Shown: in pieces, positions 1-11,032 of the stretch
Position numbering within the stretch: the first letter of the stretch is position 1
Layout: each line of letters starts with the position of its first letter
From: Ruminococcus sp.
GTDB lineage: Bacteria > Bacillota > Clostridia > Oscillospirales > Ruminococcaceae
Length of the DNA stretch: 64,000 nt
Direction of reading: 5' to 3'
Assembly (NCBI GenBank): GCA_045594905.1
Contig: JAZNZK010000015.1
Location: 144,960-208,959 of the forward strand
The notes under the pieces: generated by a model
The model's input: the letters and a program-made list of their open reading frames with translations, nothing else
Database searches by the model: none
What the model was told of the DNA's origin: nothing
Translations under genes and position numbers: made by a program

Positions 1-1431
1 CGCGATAACCGTGTGGAGTTCAACTCCAGTGGTGATGGAGAGCTGTATTCCGCAGTATACGCCATTTTTGGCAAGGATTTCGTCCGTGACCTACTCCCCG
101 TTGACTACGAGGAAAACGGCATTAAAATAAGCGGATACATCATAAAGCCGCTGTATGCCAAGTTCAACCGTTCATTCCAGAATTTCTTCGTAAACGGCAG
201 ATTTGTGAAGTCTAAGCTGTGTTCCGTTGCACTTGAAAATTCCTATGAAAATATGATAATGACGGGGAAATTCCCTGCCTGCGTTTTAATGATAGATATG
301 CACCCCTCACAAATGGACGTAAATATCCACCCCACAAAAGCGGAGGTGCGGTTCATCAACGAAAAGCAGGTGACAAATGCCATATATTTCGCTGTGAAAA
401 ACACATTTTCACAAAGCGGACTTATATACGAATTCGAGACAAAACAACAGCGTGACTGGTTCAAACAGCCTGAACATGAACCTGTTGTACAGCAGGAGTT
501 TATGTTCACTCCCATTGCGGATATTGCCAAAAAAGAGGAGGAACTGCGTAAAGCTGAGGATATCCCACAGCCTGCCTCAGCTCCGATTATAAAACCTGAT
601 ATCCCGATTGTCAAGCCTGATACATCGCGTGAATGGGCTGAGCTTGACAAAAAGCCTGAGGAAAAATCGGAATACGCTGTATTCAAAAGTGAGCCTGCGG
701 AAGAAAAGCCTCTCCTTGACAGGAAAAATCTGGATTTGGAAGCTGTGAAATCTGCGGCAGAGGCGGCTGAAGAAGGGTTCAAATACCTTGATGTAAAGGC
801 TTTTGAAAAGAAAAAAGAGCCTGAGATTGTACAACCCACAGTTCAGCAGGAAAAGCCTACAATCCCTGAAATAAAAGTAATTGGCGAAGCTTTTGGGCTT
901 TACGTCATTATTGAATCCGAGGGCAAGCTGATTATGATTGACAAGCATGCCGCCCATGAGCGCATAATATTTGAACGTCTGAAAAGCAGAAATTGCCGCC
1001 AGTACAGCCAGAAACTCCTTGTGGGGATAAAGCTTCTGCTGACAGCGGAGGAAATCGACGTACTTGAAAATAACAGCGAACTTCTTGAAGATATGGGATT
1101 TGCCTTTGATTTCAGCGAAAAGCCCTATATCACTGCAACGGCGATTCCCACTTTCCTCATGGATTGCGACGCAGAGGCAATGATATGCGAGGTTGCGGAG
1201 AATCTCCGCCGCCATAAGCTGAATCCTCAATCCTCCTATCTTGATGATGTATTGCACAATATGGCTTGCAAGGCGGCTATAAAGGCGAATGACAAAAATA
1301 CTCCCGAAGAAATGAAAGCTCTTGCGGAGCAGGTTTTTGCAGATGAAAAAATCCGCCATTGTCCCCACGGCAGACCTGTTATGTTTACTATGACAAAGGC
1401 AAATATTGACCACCAGTTTAAACGGACTTAA
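1..1431 (+). CDS. mutL: DNA mismatch repair protein MutL (5'-truncated by window edge)
   Basis: Frame open from base 1; DVNIHPTKAEVRF, DKHAAHERIIFE endonuclease motif, ACK, CPHGRP. Confidence 0.97.
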   Translation, partial: RDNRVEFNSSGDGELYSAVYAIFGKDFVRDLLPVDYEENGIKISGYIIKPLYAKFNRSFQNFFVNGRFVKSKLCSVALENSYENMIMTGKFPACVLMIDMHPSQMDVNIHPTKAEVRFINEKQVTNAIYFAVKNTFSQSGLIYEFETKQQRDWFKQPEHEPVVQQEFMFTPIADIAKKEEELRKAEDIPQPASAPIIKPDIPIVKPDTSREWAELDKKPEEKSEYAVFKSEPAEEKPLLDRKNLDLEAVKSAAEAAEEGFKYLDVKAFEKKKEPEIVQPTVQQEKPTIPEIKVIGEAFGLYVIIESEGKLIMIDKHAAHERIIFERLKSRNCRQYSQKLLVGIKLLLTAEEIDVLENNSELLEDMGFAFDFSEKPYITATAIPTFLMDCDAEAMICEVAENLRRHKLNPQSSYLDDVLHNMACKAAIKANDKNTPEEMKALAEQVFADEKIRHCPHGRPVMFTMTKANIDHQFKRT

Positions 1432-1436
1432 AAGCT

Positions 1437-1465
1437 TGTAGGGACGGATATTATCCGCCTCTGCA
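1437..1465 (+). repeat. GTAG-type REP-like palindrome
   Basis: tGTAGggaCGGATAtTATCCGcc; same core in reverse orientation at 20104-20127. Confidence 0.55.
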
Positions 1466-1490
1466 CAAAACAACAAAAAGGAGGGATATT

Positions 1491-2438
1491 TTGATACAAA
1501 ACAAACCAAAAGTCCTTGCTGTATGCGGACCGACGGCAAGTGGTAAAACATGGCTTGGCGTGGAGCTTGCGCTTCTCCTTGACGGCGAAATTGTCTCCGC
1601 CGATTCCATGCAGATTTATAAAGGTATGGATATCGCCTCCGCAAAGCCCACAGAGGCTGAAAAAAAGGGAGTACCGCATCATCTTATGGATTTCCTTGAC
1701 CGTGATGTAACATTCAGCGCCGCTGATTACGTCCGACTTGCCCACGAGAAAATCAAGGATATCCTCAGCAGAGGGAAAATGCCCATTATTGTAGGCGGCA
1801 CGGGACTTTATATTGATTCACTGCTCAACAATGTGAATTTTTCCGAGGTAAAAAGCGATGAGGAATACAGAAAAAGTCTGTACGATTTCGCCGCTGAAAA
1901 TGGCAACGAAGCGCTTTATGAGCGACTTTTGAAAGCTGACCCCGAAGCCGCCGAACAGATACATATGAATAATCTTGTCCGAGTTATACGCGCTCTTGAG
2001 GTTATACACGTTACAGGCAGAAAATTCAGCGAACTAAAAACTGAAAGCCGTCTTGTTGAAAGTCCTTACGATTCGTTTATAATCGGGCTTAATGCTGCTG
2101 ACCGTTCTGTTTTGTACGACAGAATCAATCAGAGAGTTGATGAAATGGTGAAAGCAGGACTTGTTGATGAAGCGCGCGAACTCTGGCGGTCTCCCCCTAT
2201 GAAAACAGCGGCAAACGCTATCGGCTACAAGGAGCTTATCCCATATTTTGAAAATGAAATGGCTTTAGGCGAGTGTATAGATAAAATCAAGCAGGAAACA
2301 CGGCGTTATGCCAAAAGACAGCTTACATGGTTTAGAAAAAATGACAGTATTCAGTGGATTATTATAGATGATTTTAGTAAAAAATGTGAAATTTTTGAAA
2401 AATGCAAAAAAGCTATAGCAAAATACGGAATAATGTGA
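1491..2438 (+). CDS. miaA: tRNA dimethylallyltransferase
   Basis: GPTASGKT, DSMQIYKGMDI, VGGTGLY, YAKRQLTWF; TTG start after GGAGG. Confidence 0.97.
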   Translation: MIQNKPKVLAVCGPTASGKTWLGVELALLLDGEIVSADSMQIYKGMDIASAKPTEAEKKGVPHHLMDFLDRDVTFSAADYVRLAHEKIKDILSRGKMPIIVGGTGLYIDSLLNNVNFSEVKSDEEYRKSLYDFAAENGNEALYERLLKADPEAAEQIHMNNLVRVIRALEVIHVTGRKFSELKTESRLVESPYDSFIIGLNAADRSVLYDRINQRVDEMVKAGLVDEARELWRSPPMKTAANAIGYKELIPYFENEMALGECIDKIKQETRRYAKRQLTWFRKNDSIQWIIIDDFSKKCEIFEKCKKAIAKYGIM

Positions 2439-2565
2439 TATAATGTATAGTGTGTATTTTTATCCATGGGTAAATTATGGATAATCAGACACACGATGTA
2501 GAACAAAATAACCCGTTTCGCCGCAAATCTGCGGAACAGGAATAAAAAAAGAATGGAGAATTATT

Positions 2566-2805
2566 ATGAACAAGGCTATCAACTTACAGGATGTTTTCCT
2601 TAATCAGTGCCGTAAAGGTAAAATTGCTGTTACTATAATCCTTACAAATGGATTTCAATTCAAGGGACTGGTAAAAGGCTTCGATAATTACGTTGCTATC
2701 TTCGACTGCGACGGCAAACAGCAGCTTGTGTACAAGCACGCTATTTCTACAATTATCCCTGCAAAAGCAGTTTCTATCCTCGATACAGCCGATAAGGCAG
2801 AGTAA
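2566..2805 (+). CDS. hfq: RNA chaperone Hfq
   Basis: [22 protein letters not shown]; follows miaA. Confidence 0.96.
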   Translation: MNKAINLQDVFLNQCRKGKIAVTIILTNGFQFKGLVKGFDNYVAIFDCDGKQQLVYKHAISTIIPAKAVSILDTADKAE

Positions 2806-2816
2806 GCGGTGATATA

Positions 2817-4097
2817 ATGCATTCAAACAAATCCGGCGGCAAAACGGAAAGCAGCTTTATTGTAAAATCCCTGAGAAATCTGGTGCTTGTACTTCTTTTT
2901 GTAGTGTTTATAAGCATTATGTACAACTTCCAGAATAAGGGTGTTACTACAGAAACTGCTCTGCTCTCCGAAGCTGTCTTTTCCGAGGAGATTCAGGGAG
3001 TATTTATCCGCAGGGAAACTCCTGTGACCTACAGCGGAAACGGAGTTCTCAGCTACAGAGTCGAGGACGGCGGCAAGGTCGGAAAAAACGAAGTCATTGC
3101 CGATGTCTATGCAAACGATGAACAGATAACCCGCAACCGCGAAATCGCTAAGCTTGAACGTGAGCTGTCGATTCTCGAAAAGATACAGAATCCGGGTACT
3201 CTTGAATCTGCTCAGCCTACGGGGCTCTCCGTGAATATCAGTGAAAGCTACCGCAGTCTGCTCTACAGCAGAGATATGAAAGACTATGATACTCTCCGCG
3301 AGGAAATGGAAAATCTCATTATCGGAATGAGTACATACCAGATTATAACCCAGCAGGTTTCTGGCTTTAATCAGGAAATAATCGACATCAATGCAAAGCT
3401 TGCAGAGCTGAAAGCTGCTTCATCAGCGCCCATCGAGTCGGTTAAATCAAAAGATTCAGCCTATTTTGTAAGCTACTGCGACGGCTATGAATCGGAGCTT
3501 ACCCCCGATAATCTGGACAAGCTGACAATAGGTCAGCTAAACAGCATTACCGATAGAAAAAGCGATGAGCCTTCAATCGTAGGAAAAATGGTTGATGGAT
3601 ATGAATGGTATCTTGCAGGAGTAATAAACAACAGCAGAAAGCTTTATTCAATCGGTGATTATATCTATATCAGCTTCGATTATTCCGACGAAAAATATGA
3701 CGCGGAAATCGTTGATATACGGGACGAAGGCAATCCCGAAAAAAGCATAGTTATCTTGAAATGCAGCCATTTCAATGCAAATTTCGTTGAACACCGCGTT
3801 CAGAGATGTAACCTCATAAAAGGCGAATACAGCGGTCTTAAAGTTCCGCGAGAAGCTATACGCTTTGACGATGTGGAAACTCGGACTACCAATGCCGAGG
3901 GCGAACCCGACGGCATGACTATTGTCAATACCAAAGGCGTTTACATCACAAAGGGCGAACAGGTAATGTTCAAAAAAATAGATGTTATTTATGAGGGTAC
4001 AGATTATGTACTGTCAAAGATACATGAAAACGACTCCTCATATCTTGCACTCTATGATGATATTTTAATGGAAACCGAGGGAGAATTCAATGGATAA
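2817..4097 (+). CDS. HlyD/membrane-fusion-like protein
   Basis: N-terminal TM, lipoyl-like half motif (YRVEDGGKVGKNEVIA), coiled coil, GLKVPREAI; usual clostridial position upstream of yggS. Confidence 0.7.
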   Translation: MHSNKSGGKTESSFIVKSLRNLVLVLLFVVFISIMYNFQNKGVTTETALLSEAVFSEEIQGVFIRRETPVTYSGNGVLSYRVEDGGKVGKNEVIADVYANDEQITRNREIAKLERELSILEKIQNPGTLESAQPTGLSVNISESYRSLLYSRDMKDYDTLREEMENLIIGMSTYQIITQQVSGFNQEIIDINAKLAELKAASSAPIESVKSKDSAYFVSYCDGYESELTPDNLDKLTIGQLNSITDRKSDEPSIVGKMVDGYEWYLAGVINNSRKLYSIGDYIYISFDYSDEKYDAEIVDIRDEGNPEKSIVILKCSHFNANFVEHRVQRCNLIKGEYSGLKVPREAIRFDDVETRTTNAEGEPDGMTIVNTKGVYITKGEQVMFKKIDVIYEGTDYVLSKIHENDSSYLALYDDILMETEGEFNG

Positions 4098-4791
4098 TTA
4101 CAGCTTCGAGACCGTTAAAGAGAATATCAGGATAATTATTGAAAATATCCGTGAAACTCAGGAAAAATATGGCTGCAGTCACAACACGGAGCTTATGGCT
4201 GTTACAAAAACAGTTCCCCCCGAGGTTGTAAATTGGGTGTTCAGCGAAGGAATAAATCTTCTGGGCGAAAACAGAGTTCAGGAATTCCTCTCAAAAAAGG
4301 ACAGCTATGATATGAGTGCATCCCCGAAGATTCATTTCATCGGACATCTACAAACAAATAAAGTGAAGTATATTATCGATGATATCGATATGATACAATC
4401 TGTTGACAGCTTAAAACTGGCACAGGAAATAAACCGCCTCGCACTTGCCCATAATAAAACTATGGACATACTCTGCGAGGTAAACATCGGCGGAGAGGAA
4501 AGCAAAAGCGGAATTTCCCCCGATGAAACCGCAAATCTCCTTGAACAGCTCAGCGTTATGGAGGGAATAAGGGTAAAGGGACTTATGACTATACCTCCTC
4601 CCATTGACAGCGATATTTATTTCGGAAGAATGGCAGAGCTGTTTAATAAGATAAAGGACAGAAATATTGAGAGTATCGCTATGGATACTCTTTCAATGGG
4701 TATGACCCACGATTATGCCGCCGCTGTGAAGTATGGCTCAACCATAGTCAGAGTTGGTACGGGCATTTTCGGAAAAAGGGATTACAGATAA
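4090..4791 (+). CDS. yggS: PLP homeostasis protein YggS/YlmE
   Basis: MAVTKT, GENRVQE, HFIGHLQTNKVK, LSMGM, VRVGTGIFG. Confidence 0.95.
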   Translation: MDNYSFETVKENIRIIIENIRETQEKYGCSHNTELMAVTKTVPPEVVNWVFSEGINLLGENRVQEFLSKKDSYDMSASPKIHFIGHLQTNKVKYIIDDIDMIQSVDSLKLAQEINRLALAHNKTMDILCEVNIGGEESKSGISPDETANLLEQLSVMEGIRVKGLMTIPPPIDSDIYFGRMAELFNKIKDRNIESIAMDTLSMGMTHDYAAAVKYGSTIVRVGTGIFGKRDYR

Positions 4792-4881
4792 CAACGTTTA
4801 TACGTAAAATAGGCAATTAAGGGATTTTCCGCATTATTCCCCCAAAGCCAACTAAGGTAAATGCGGAGAATGGAGTATACT

Positions 4882-5406
4882 ATGAAATTATTTGATTTTG
4901 CCAAGGATTTCTTTTTTTCATCCGATGAGGAAGAAGAACTGAACGAAAGCGCAGCATATGAGGACGAGCCTGCTCAGGAAAGACCTGCAAGAAGCTCCTC
5001 ATCTGCATCATCTTCTTACTCTTCAGCAGCTTCATCTTCTTCATCCTACGGCACAACAGCTCAGGAACGCGAGGAGGCTATGGCTGAGATTAACAGAAGA
5101 AACAAGGTAGTGAACATTCAGGCAACTGCACAGCTTCAGGTTGTTCTTGTAAAGCCTTCCGCTTTCACAGACGCAAAGCAGATTGCAGACCACCTTATTT
5201 CAAAAAAGACTGTTGTCCTCAATCTTGAGACTGCTTCTCCTGATAACAAGAGAAGAATCATCGACTTCCTCGGCGGTGTTGCTTATGCAAACGGCGGAAG
5301 CCTCAAGCCCGTTGCAAACCTCACATACATCATCACTCCCTACAACGTAGGCTTCATCGGTGAAGATTTAGTGGGAGAGCTTGAAAACAACGGCGTATTC
5401 ATCTGA
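4882..5406 (+). CDS. sepF: Cell division protein SepF
   Basis: VVLNLE..RRIIDFLGGVAYANGG, YIITP; ATG 4882 after GGAG. Confidence 0.93.
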   Translation: MKLFDFAKDFFFSSDEEEELNESAAYEDEPAQERPARSSSSASSSYSSAASSSSSYGTTAQEREEAMAEINRRNKVVNIQATAQLQVVLVKPSAFTDAKQIADHLISKKTVVLNLETASPDNKRRIIDFLGGVAYANGGSLKPVANLTYIITPYNVGFIGEDLVGELENNGVFI

Positions 5407-6170
5407 TGAATAATTCATCTGATACGCTTTTAGCTCCGAAAATAGCCGATATGATACGTCGGTGCGAAAGGGACGGATGCAGTATATTCTCCCGTTTTCT
5501 CGATGAAAGAGAATGTGCGGAAGCTGAAATCTATTGCAGAAAAAATGCCGGAGAACTTAAATACGGCTTCTTCGGCGGATTTTCCGATGCCCAGCGGCGT
5601 ATCCTCTCACTGTATCACGATTATTCCGCTGACTATATCAGCGAGGAGCTTCCAATAAGCTGTCTGACCTTTACCTTTCGCAGTGAGGACAAGCTTTCAC
5701 ATCGTGATTTTCTCGGCTCATTCATGGCGCTGAGATTAAAGCGTGATACAATTGGCGATATTGTTATAAAAGACGGTATGGCTCAGGCAGCAGTAACAGA
5801 AACTGCGGCAAGAGATATTACCGCAAGCGTGTCAAAGATAGGCAGAGTAGGTGTAAAAATCACTGACAGCCGCCCATTTGAGCTTACCATTGAAGAAACA
5901 AGACAATTCAAGGAAATCGGCTGCACCGTCGCTTCCCTGCGTCTTGATTGTATAGTTGCCGCTGCGGCTAATATAAGCCGTGAAAAAGCGGCATCGCTTA
6001 TCCGCACTGAAAAGGCAGAGGTCAATCATTTTCCCGCTCTGTCCCTCTCCCGTGAACTCAGCGAGGGAGATACGCTTTCAATCCGCGGATACGGCAGATT
6101 TATTCTATCGGGTATAAACGGCACAACAAAAAAAGGCCGTATACACATAATTCTGAAAAAATATATTTAG
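5406..6170 (+). CDS. ylmH: YlmH S4-domain RNA-binding protein
   Basis: HRDFLGS, SLRLDCIVA, SIRGYGRF, TKKGR. Confidence 0.92.
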   Translation: MNNSSDTLLAPKIADMIRRCERDGCSIFSRFLDERECAEAEIYCRKNAGELKYGFFGGFSDAQRRILSLYHDYSADYISEELPISCLTFTFRSEDKLSHRDFLGSFMALRLKRDTIGDIVIKDGMAQAAVTETAARDITASVSKIGRVGVKITDSRPFELTIEETRQFKEIGCTVASLRLDCIVAAAANISREKAASLIRTEKAEVNHFPALSLSRELSEGDTLSIRGYGRFILSGINGTTKKGRIHIILKKYI

Positions 6171-6181
6171 AGGTGAATGGT

Positions 6182-6730
6182 ATGATTACTTCAAAAGATG
6201 TAAGAAATAAACGATTTGAAAAAGCTGCTTTCGGCTATAAGCAGGAGGAAATTGACGAATTTCTCTCACAGCTCGAGGCTGAGCTTGATGAAATGGAACG
6301 TGATCGTCAGGAAGCAAACAACAAGATTCAGATTCTTGCTGACAAGGTAAGAGAGTATATGAAGGACGAGGACGCACTCAAGGACGCTCTCCTCGGCGCT
6401 CAGAAGCAGGGACATCTCGTTATCAACGAAGCCAACGCAAAGGCTGAGGAAATTCTCGCAGCTGCACAGGCTAAGGCTGCTGAACTTGAAGATGAAGCTG
6501 TACGTCAGCACGCTGAGGCTATGGAAAAGAACAGAATCGAGATTGCAAAGGAAAAGGACAGCCTTACAGAAGCTCGCCGTCAGGTTGCTGAGTTCAAAAA
6601 GACACTTTTCGATATGTATAAAACTCACCTCGAAATGATTTCCACAATGCCCGACGCATTTGATGAGGATTTTGAAACAGAAACAGCTGAGGAAATCGCT
6701 GCCGCTGTTGCTGCTGAAAACGAAGTATGA
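6182..6730 (+). CDS. divIVA: DivIVA family protein
   Basis: DVRNKRFEKAAFGYKQEEIDEFL followed by coiled coil. Confidence 0.92.
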   Translation: MITSKDVRNKRFEKAAFGYKQEEIDEFLSQLEAELDEMERDRQEANNKIQILADKVREYMKDEDALKDALLGAQKQGHLVINEANAKAEEILAAAQAKAAELEDEAVRQHAEAMEKNRIEIAKEKDSLTEARRQVAEFKKTLFDMYKTHLEMISTMPDAFDEDFETETAEEIAAAVAAENEV

Positions 6731-6768
6731 AAGGAGAATCATCGCATTTGCGATGATCGGTGATACCA

Positions 6769-9537
6769 ATGGCACAGGATTATAACGCAACCCTTAATTT
6801 ACCGAAAACAGATTTCCCCATGCGTGGAAATCTGCCAAAAAGAGAGCCTGAAACCCTTGAAAAATGGGAAAATGAAAGACTCTATTACAAGATAATAGAA
6901 AAAAATGAGGGAAAGCCTGATTTTATTCTTCACGACGGCCCTCCCTACGCTAACGGTGACATTCACCTCGGTCACGCTCTCAATAAATCCCTCAAGGATT
7001 TTATTGTAAAGTATAAGAATATGAGCGGATTCCGTGCACCTTACGTTCCCGGCTGGGATACCCATGGTCTGCCTATCGAGTTAAAGGCTATGAAGGAAAT
7101 CGGCGTTGAGAACGGCGCAATTCCTCCTGTTGAGCTGAGAAAGCACTGCCACGACTATGCAATGACACAGGTTGAAAAGCAGATGAACGGCTTCAAGAGA
7201 ATGGGCGCACTTGGCGATTACGACTATCCTTACCTCACTCTCCGTCCCGAATACGAGGCAAGACAGGTTGAAGTATTTGGCGAAATGGCTAAGAAAGGCT
7301 ATATGTACAAGGGTCTGAAGCCTGTTTACTGGTGCCCCGACTGTAATACAGCTCTTGCTGAGGCTGAGATTGAGTATTCAAATGACCCCTGCTATTCTAT
7401 CTATGTAAAGTTCAACGTTACAGATGATAAGGGCATTTTCGCAAATCTCGGACTTGACCTTTCCAAGATTTATTTCGTAATCTGGACAACAACTACATGG
7501 ACAATTCCCGGAAATTTGGCTATCTGCCTCGGTCCCGAATATAACTATACCCTCGTAAATGCCAACGGCGAATACTACGTTATGGCTGAGGAGCTTGTAA
7601 AGACTACTATGGAAACTGCCGGTATAACAGAGTATACCACAGAGCATATCTTTACAGGTGCTGAGCTTGAGGGCATGAAAACAAAGCATCCTCTTTATGA
7701 CCGTCCCTCTCCAATTATCGTAGGCGACCACGTAACACTTGAAAGCGGTACAGGCTGTGTTCATACAGCTCCCGGCTACGGTGTTGAGGACTTTGAGGTA
7801 TGCAAGAAGTACGATGATATCGGCATTATCGTTTGCGTTGACGCAAAGGGCAAGCAGACTGCCGAAGCAGGCGAGTTTGAGGGTATGGATACAGATACCG
7901 CAAACAAGGCTATTGCCGCTAAGCTTGTTGAGCTTAATGCTATGCTTGCTACACAGAAAATCGTTCACCAGTATCCACACTGTTGGAGATGCCACAATCC
8001 GATTATCTACAGAGCAACTGAACAGTGGTTCTGCTCTGTAAGCGGATTCAAGGACGAGGCTATTAAGGCTATTGAGGAAGTACAGTGGATTCCCGAATGG
8101 GGCGAGGAGCGTATCAAGGGTATGGTACGCGACAGAAGTGACTGGTGTATCAGCCGTCAGAGAACATGGGGTGTGCCTATCCCTGTTATCTACTGTAAGG
8201 ATTGCGGAAAGCCTATCTTCACAGATGAAACAATCAAGGCAATTGCTGATTTGTTCCGTGCAGAAGGCTCTGACGCATGGTGGATTAAGGAGGCAAGCGA
8301 GTTCATTCCTGCTTCTGTTAAGTGTGAATGTGGCTGCGGCGAATTCACCAAGGAATACGATATCATGGACGTATGGTTCGACAGCGGCGTATCACATACT
8401 GCTGTTATGGACGATTTTGACAGCCTTACATGGCCTGCTGACCTCTATCTTGAGGGTGCTGACCAGTACAGAGGCTGGTTCCAGTCCGCACTTCTTACAT
8501 CTGTTGTATACAAGGGAACTGCACCCTATAAGGCAGTTTGTACTCATGGTTGGGTAGTTGACGGCGAGGGCAAGGTTATGCACAAATCCCTCGGAAACGG
8601 TATTGACCCTAAGGAAGTTATTGACCAGTACGGCGCTGATATTCTTCGTCTCTGGGTTGCTTCCTCCGATTACCACAGCGATATCAGAATGTCTAAGACA
8701 ATTCTGGGACAGCTTTCTGACGCTTACAAGAAAATCAGAAATACCGCAAGATATATACTCGGAAACCTCGGAAACGGCGAGGGCTTCAAGCCTGATACCG
8801 ACTGCGTTTCCTATGATAAGCTTACAGAGCTTGACAAGTGGGCAATGATGAAGCTTGACGCTCTCATTGATACAGTTAAGGAAGGCTATGAAAAGTACGA
8901 TTTCCATATTGCATTCCACGCAATTCATAACTTCTGCGTTGTTGATATGTCAAACTTCTACCTTGACATCATCAAGGACAGACTTTACTGCGAAAAGGAA
9001 AATTCCGAACTCCGTCGTGCAGCTCAGACTGTAATGTACAGAATTCTCAGCGCACTTACAAGACTTATGGCTCCTATTATCACCTACACAGCCGAGGAAA
9101 TCTGGCAGTTCATGCCCCACGGCTCCGAGGACGATACACAGAGCGTATTCCTCAACATGATGCCCGAAAAGTCAGGTATCGAGTACAGCGATGAATTCGT
9201 TGAAAAGTGGAGCTTTATCTACAGCACACGTGAGGCTGCAAACAAGGCTCTCGAAGAAGCACGTAACGCAAAGACAATCGGTAAATCACTTGAAGCTAAG
9301 GTGATTATTAAGGCTGATGCTGACTATGACCGCTATGCAGAGCTTGCACAGCAGCTTACAGAGGTACTTATCGTATCAGATGTTGCTGTTGAAAAGGCTG
9401 AGGGCGAAACTGTATTCGCTATCGAGACAGCCGAGGGCGGCAAGTGCGAGAGATGCTGGTGCTACTCCACAACAGTAGGCACAGACTGCAATCACCCAAC
9501 ACTCTGCAAGAGATGTGCTGTTGCAATTGAATTATAA
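6769..9537 (+). CDS. ileS: Isoleucyl-tRNA ligase (type 1)
   Basis: [33 protein letters not shown]-terminal CERCW..CKRC zinc finger. Confidence 0.98.
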   Translation: MAQDYNATLNLPKTDFPMRGNLPKREPETLEKWENERLYYKIIEKNEGKPDFILHDGPPYANGDIHLGHALNKSLKDFIVKYKNMSGFRAPYVPGWDTHGLPIELKAMKEIGVENGAIPPVELRKHCHDYAMTQVEKQMNGFKRMGALGDYDYPYLTLRPEYEARQVEVFGEMAKKGYMYKGLKPVYWCPDCNTALAEAEIEYSNDPCYSIYVKFNVTDDKGIFANLGLDLSKIYFVIWTTTTWTIPGNLAICLGPEYNYTLVNANGEYYVMAEELVKTTMETAGITEYTTEHIFTGAELEGMKTKHPLYDRPSPIIVGDHVTLESGTGCVHTAPGYGVEDFEVCKKYDDIGIIVCVDAKGKQTAEAGEFEGMDTDTANKAIAAKLVELNAMLATQKIVHQYPHCWRCHNPIIYRATEQWFCSVSGFKDEAIKAIEEVQWIPEWGEERIKGMVRDRSDWCISRQRTWGVPIPVIYCKDCGKPIFTDETIKAIADLFRAEGSDAWWIKEASEFIPASVKCECGCGEFTKEYDIMDVWFDSGVSHTAVMDDFDSLTWPADLYLEGADQYRGWFQSALLTSVVYKGTAPYKAVCTHGWVVDGEGKVMHKSLGNGIDPKEVIDQYGADILRLWVASSDYHSDIRMSKTILGQLSDAYKKIRNTARYILGNLGNGEGFKPDTDCVSYDKLTELDKWAMMKLDALIDTVKEGYEKYDFHIAFHAIHNFCVVDMSNFYLDIIKDRLYCEKENSELRRAAQTVMYRILSALTRLMAPIITYTAEEIWQFMPHGSEDDTQSVFLNMMPEKSGIEYSDEFVEKWSFIYSTREAANKALEEARNAKTIGKSLEAKVIIKADADYDRYAELAQQLTEVLIVSDVAVEKAEGETVFAIETAEGGKCERCWCYSTTVGTDCNHPTLCKRCAVAIEL

Positions 9538-9545
9538 TTAGCACT

Positions 9546-9581
9546 ATATTGCCTGCTGTATCAATGCAGCAGGCAATATTT
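9546..9581 (+). terminator. Stem-loop between ileS and lspA
   Basis: atattgcctgctg-loop-cagcaggcaatat. Confidence 0.6.
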
Positions 9582-9598
9582 GCGAAAGGAAAAAACAG

Positions 9599-10114
9599 AT
9601 GATTATTCTGCTTATTGCGGCAATTATTATTCTTATTGGTGCTGACCAGCTTGTTAAATACTGGGCAGTGGAAAAGCTTGAACCCGTGGGCAATATGGAT
9701 TTTATCCGTATTGGAGATTTTGAAATCCTTGACCTTACCTATGTTGAAAATACAGGCGCTATATTCGGCAGTATGGCAGGACAGCGGTGGTTTCTTGTTG
9801 GTCTGACTTCATTGCTTATAATTGCGGCGGCGGTATTTATGTTTTATATTGCGAAAAAGTCGAAATTTATTGCATGGGTATGTGCTCTTTTTGTGGCAGG
9901 AGGAATCGGCAATCTCATTGACCGCCTCCGCTTTGGTTATGTTGTTGATATGTTTGATATCCAGCTTTTTGACTTTGCTGTGTTCAATGTTGCTGATATA
10001 TGTATAACGGTTGCAGAGGGCTTTATGATTGTTTATCTGCTTCTTGAAATCAAAAGGGATATGGCAAAGAAAAAGGCTGAAAAAGCCGCTGTGGAGGTAA
10101 AGGAAAATGAGTGA
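9599..10114 (+). CDS. lspA: Lipoprotein signal peptidase II
   Basis: DQLVK, NTGAIFG, GGIGNLIDR, VVD, FNVAD. Confidence 0.96.
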   Translation: MIILLIAAIIILIGADQLVKYWAVEKLEPVGNMDFIRIGDFEILDLTYVENTGAIFGSMAGQRWFLVGLTSLLIIAAAVFMFYIAKKSKFIAWVCALFVAGGIGNLIDRLRFGYVVDMFDIQLFDFAVFNVADICITVAEGFMIVYLLLEIKRDMAKKKAEKAAVEVKENE

Positions 10115-11021
10115 AATTCTCACTCTTATATGTACCGCCGAGGACAGCGGAAAGCGTATTGACAAGTATATTTCGGACAATATTGCAGAGCTTACACGTT
10201 CCGCAGTACAGGGAATAATTGCTAAAAACGGCATAACCGCCGACGGAAAAGCCGTCAGCAAGAATTATAAAATCAAGGGGACGGAAACCATAGAGGTGGA
10301 AATTCCCGAAGCTGAGCCAATGGACGCTGTTCCTGAAGATATCCCCATAGAAATAGTTTATGAGGATGATGACCTGCTCGTTGTGAATAAACCCAAAGGC
10401 ATGGTTGTACACCCTGCTCACGGAAATTATCACGGAACCCTTGTAAATGCGCTGCTTTTTCACTGCGGAGAAAGCCTTTCGGGGATAAACGGTGTTATCC
10501 GCCCCGGAATAGTACACCGAATTGATAAGAATACAAGCGGTCTGCTTATTGTGGCGAAAAATGATAAATCTCATCTTCACCTTGCGGAGCAGATTAAGGC
10601 TCACAGCTTTACCCGCGAATACGAGGCAATTGTCAGCGGCTCTCTCAAACAGGAATCGGGAACCGTTGACGCTCCAATCGGACGGCATAAGACCGACCGC
10701 AAAAAAATGTGTGTCACTGCGGAAAATTCGCGAAATGCTGTCACCCACTATTCTCTAATAAAGCAATACGGAGGATATGCCCATATAAAATGCCGTCTTG
10801 AAACGGGACGCACCCACCAGATACGTGTGCATATGGCGTATATCGGCAATGCTGTACTTGGTGATGATGTTTATGGCAAGGCATACAAAGGCATTGAGGG
10901 GCAGTGTCTCCACGCACGTAAAATCGGCTTTATTCATCCCTCAACAGAGGAATATATGGAGTTCACAAGCGAGCTCCCCGACTATTTCAAGAGCATTATA
11001 AACAAGCTTGAAAAGCAATAG
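10107..11021 (+). CDS. rluD: RluA/RluD family pseudouridine synthase
   Basis: S4 domain, VNKPKGMVVHP, HRIDKNTSG, GRTHQIRVH. Confidence 0.93.
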   Translation: MSEILTLICTAEDSGKRIDKYISDNIAELTRSAVQGIIAKNGITADGKAVSKNYKIKGTETIEVEIPEAEPMDAVPEDIPIEIVYEDDDLLVVNKPKGMVVHPAHGNYHGTLVNALLFHCGESLSGINGVIRPGIVHRIDKNTSGLLIVAKNDKSHLHLAEQIKAHSFTREYEAIVSGSLKQESGTVDAPIGRHKTDRKKMCVTAENSRNAVTHYSLIKQYGGYAHIKCRLETGRTHQIRVHMAYIGNAVLGDDVYGKAYKGIEGQCLHARKIGFIHPSTEEYMEFTSELPDYFKSIINKLEKQ

Positions 11022-11032
11022 GAGGTTTTGTT

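Noticed and set aside
243-1745. Long minus-strand ORFs over mutL/miaA
   Set aside because: Fully overlap well-supported genes; no motifs
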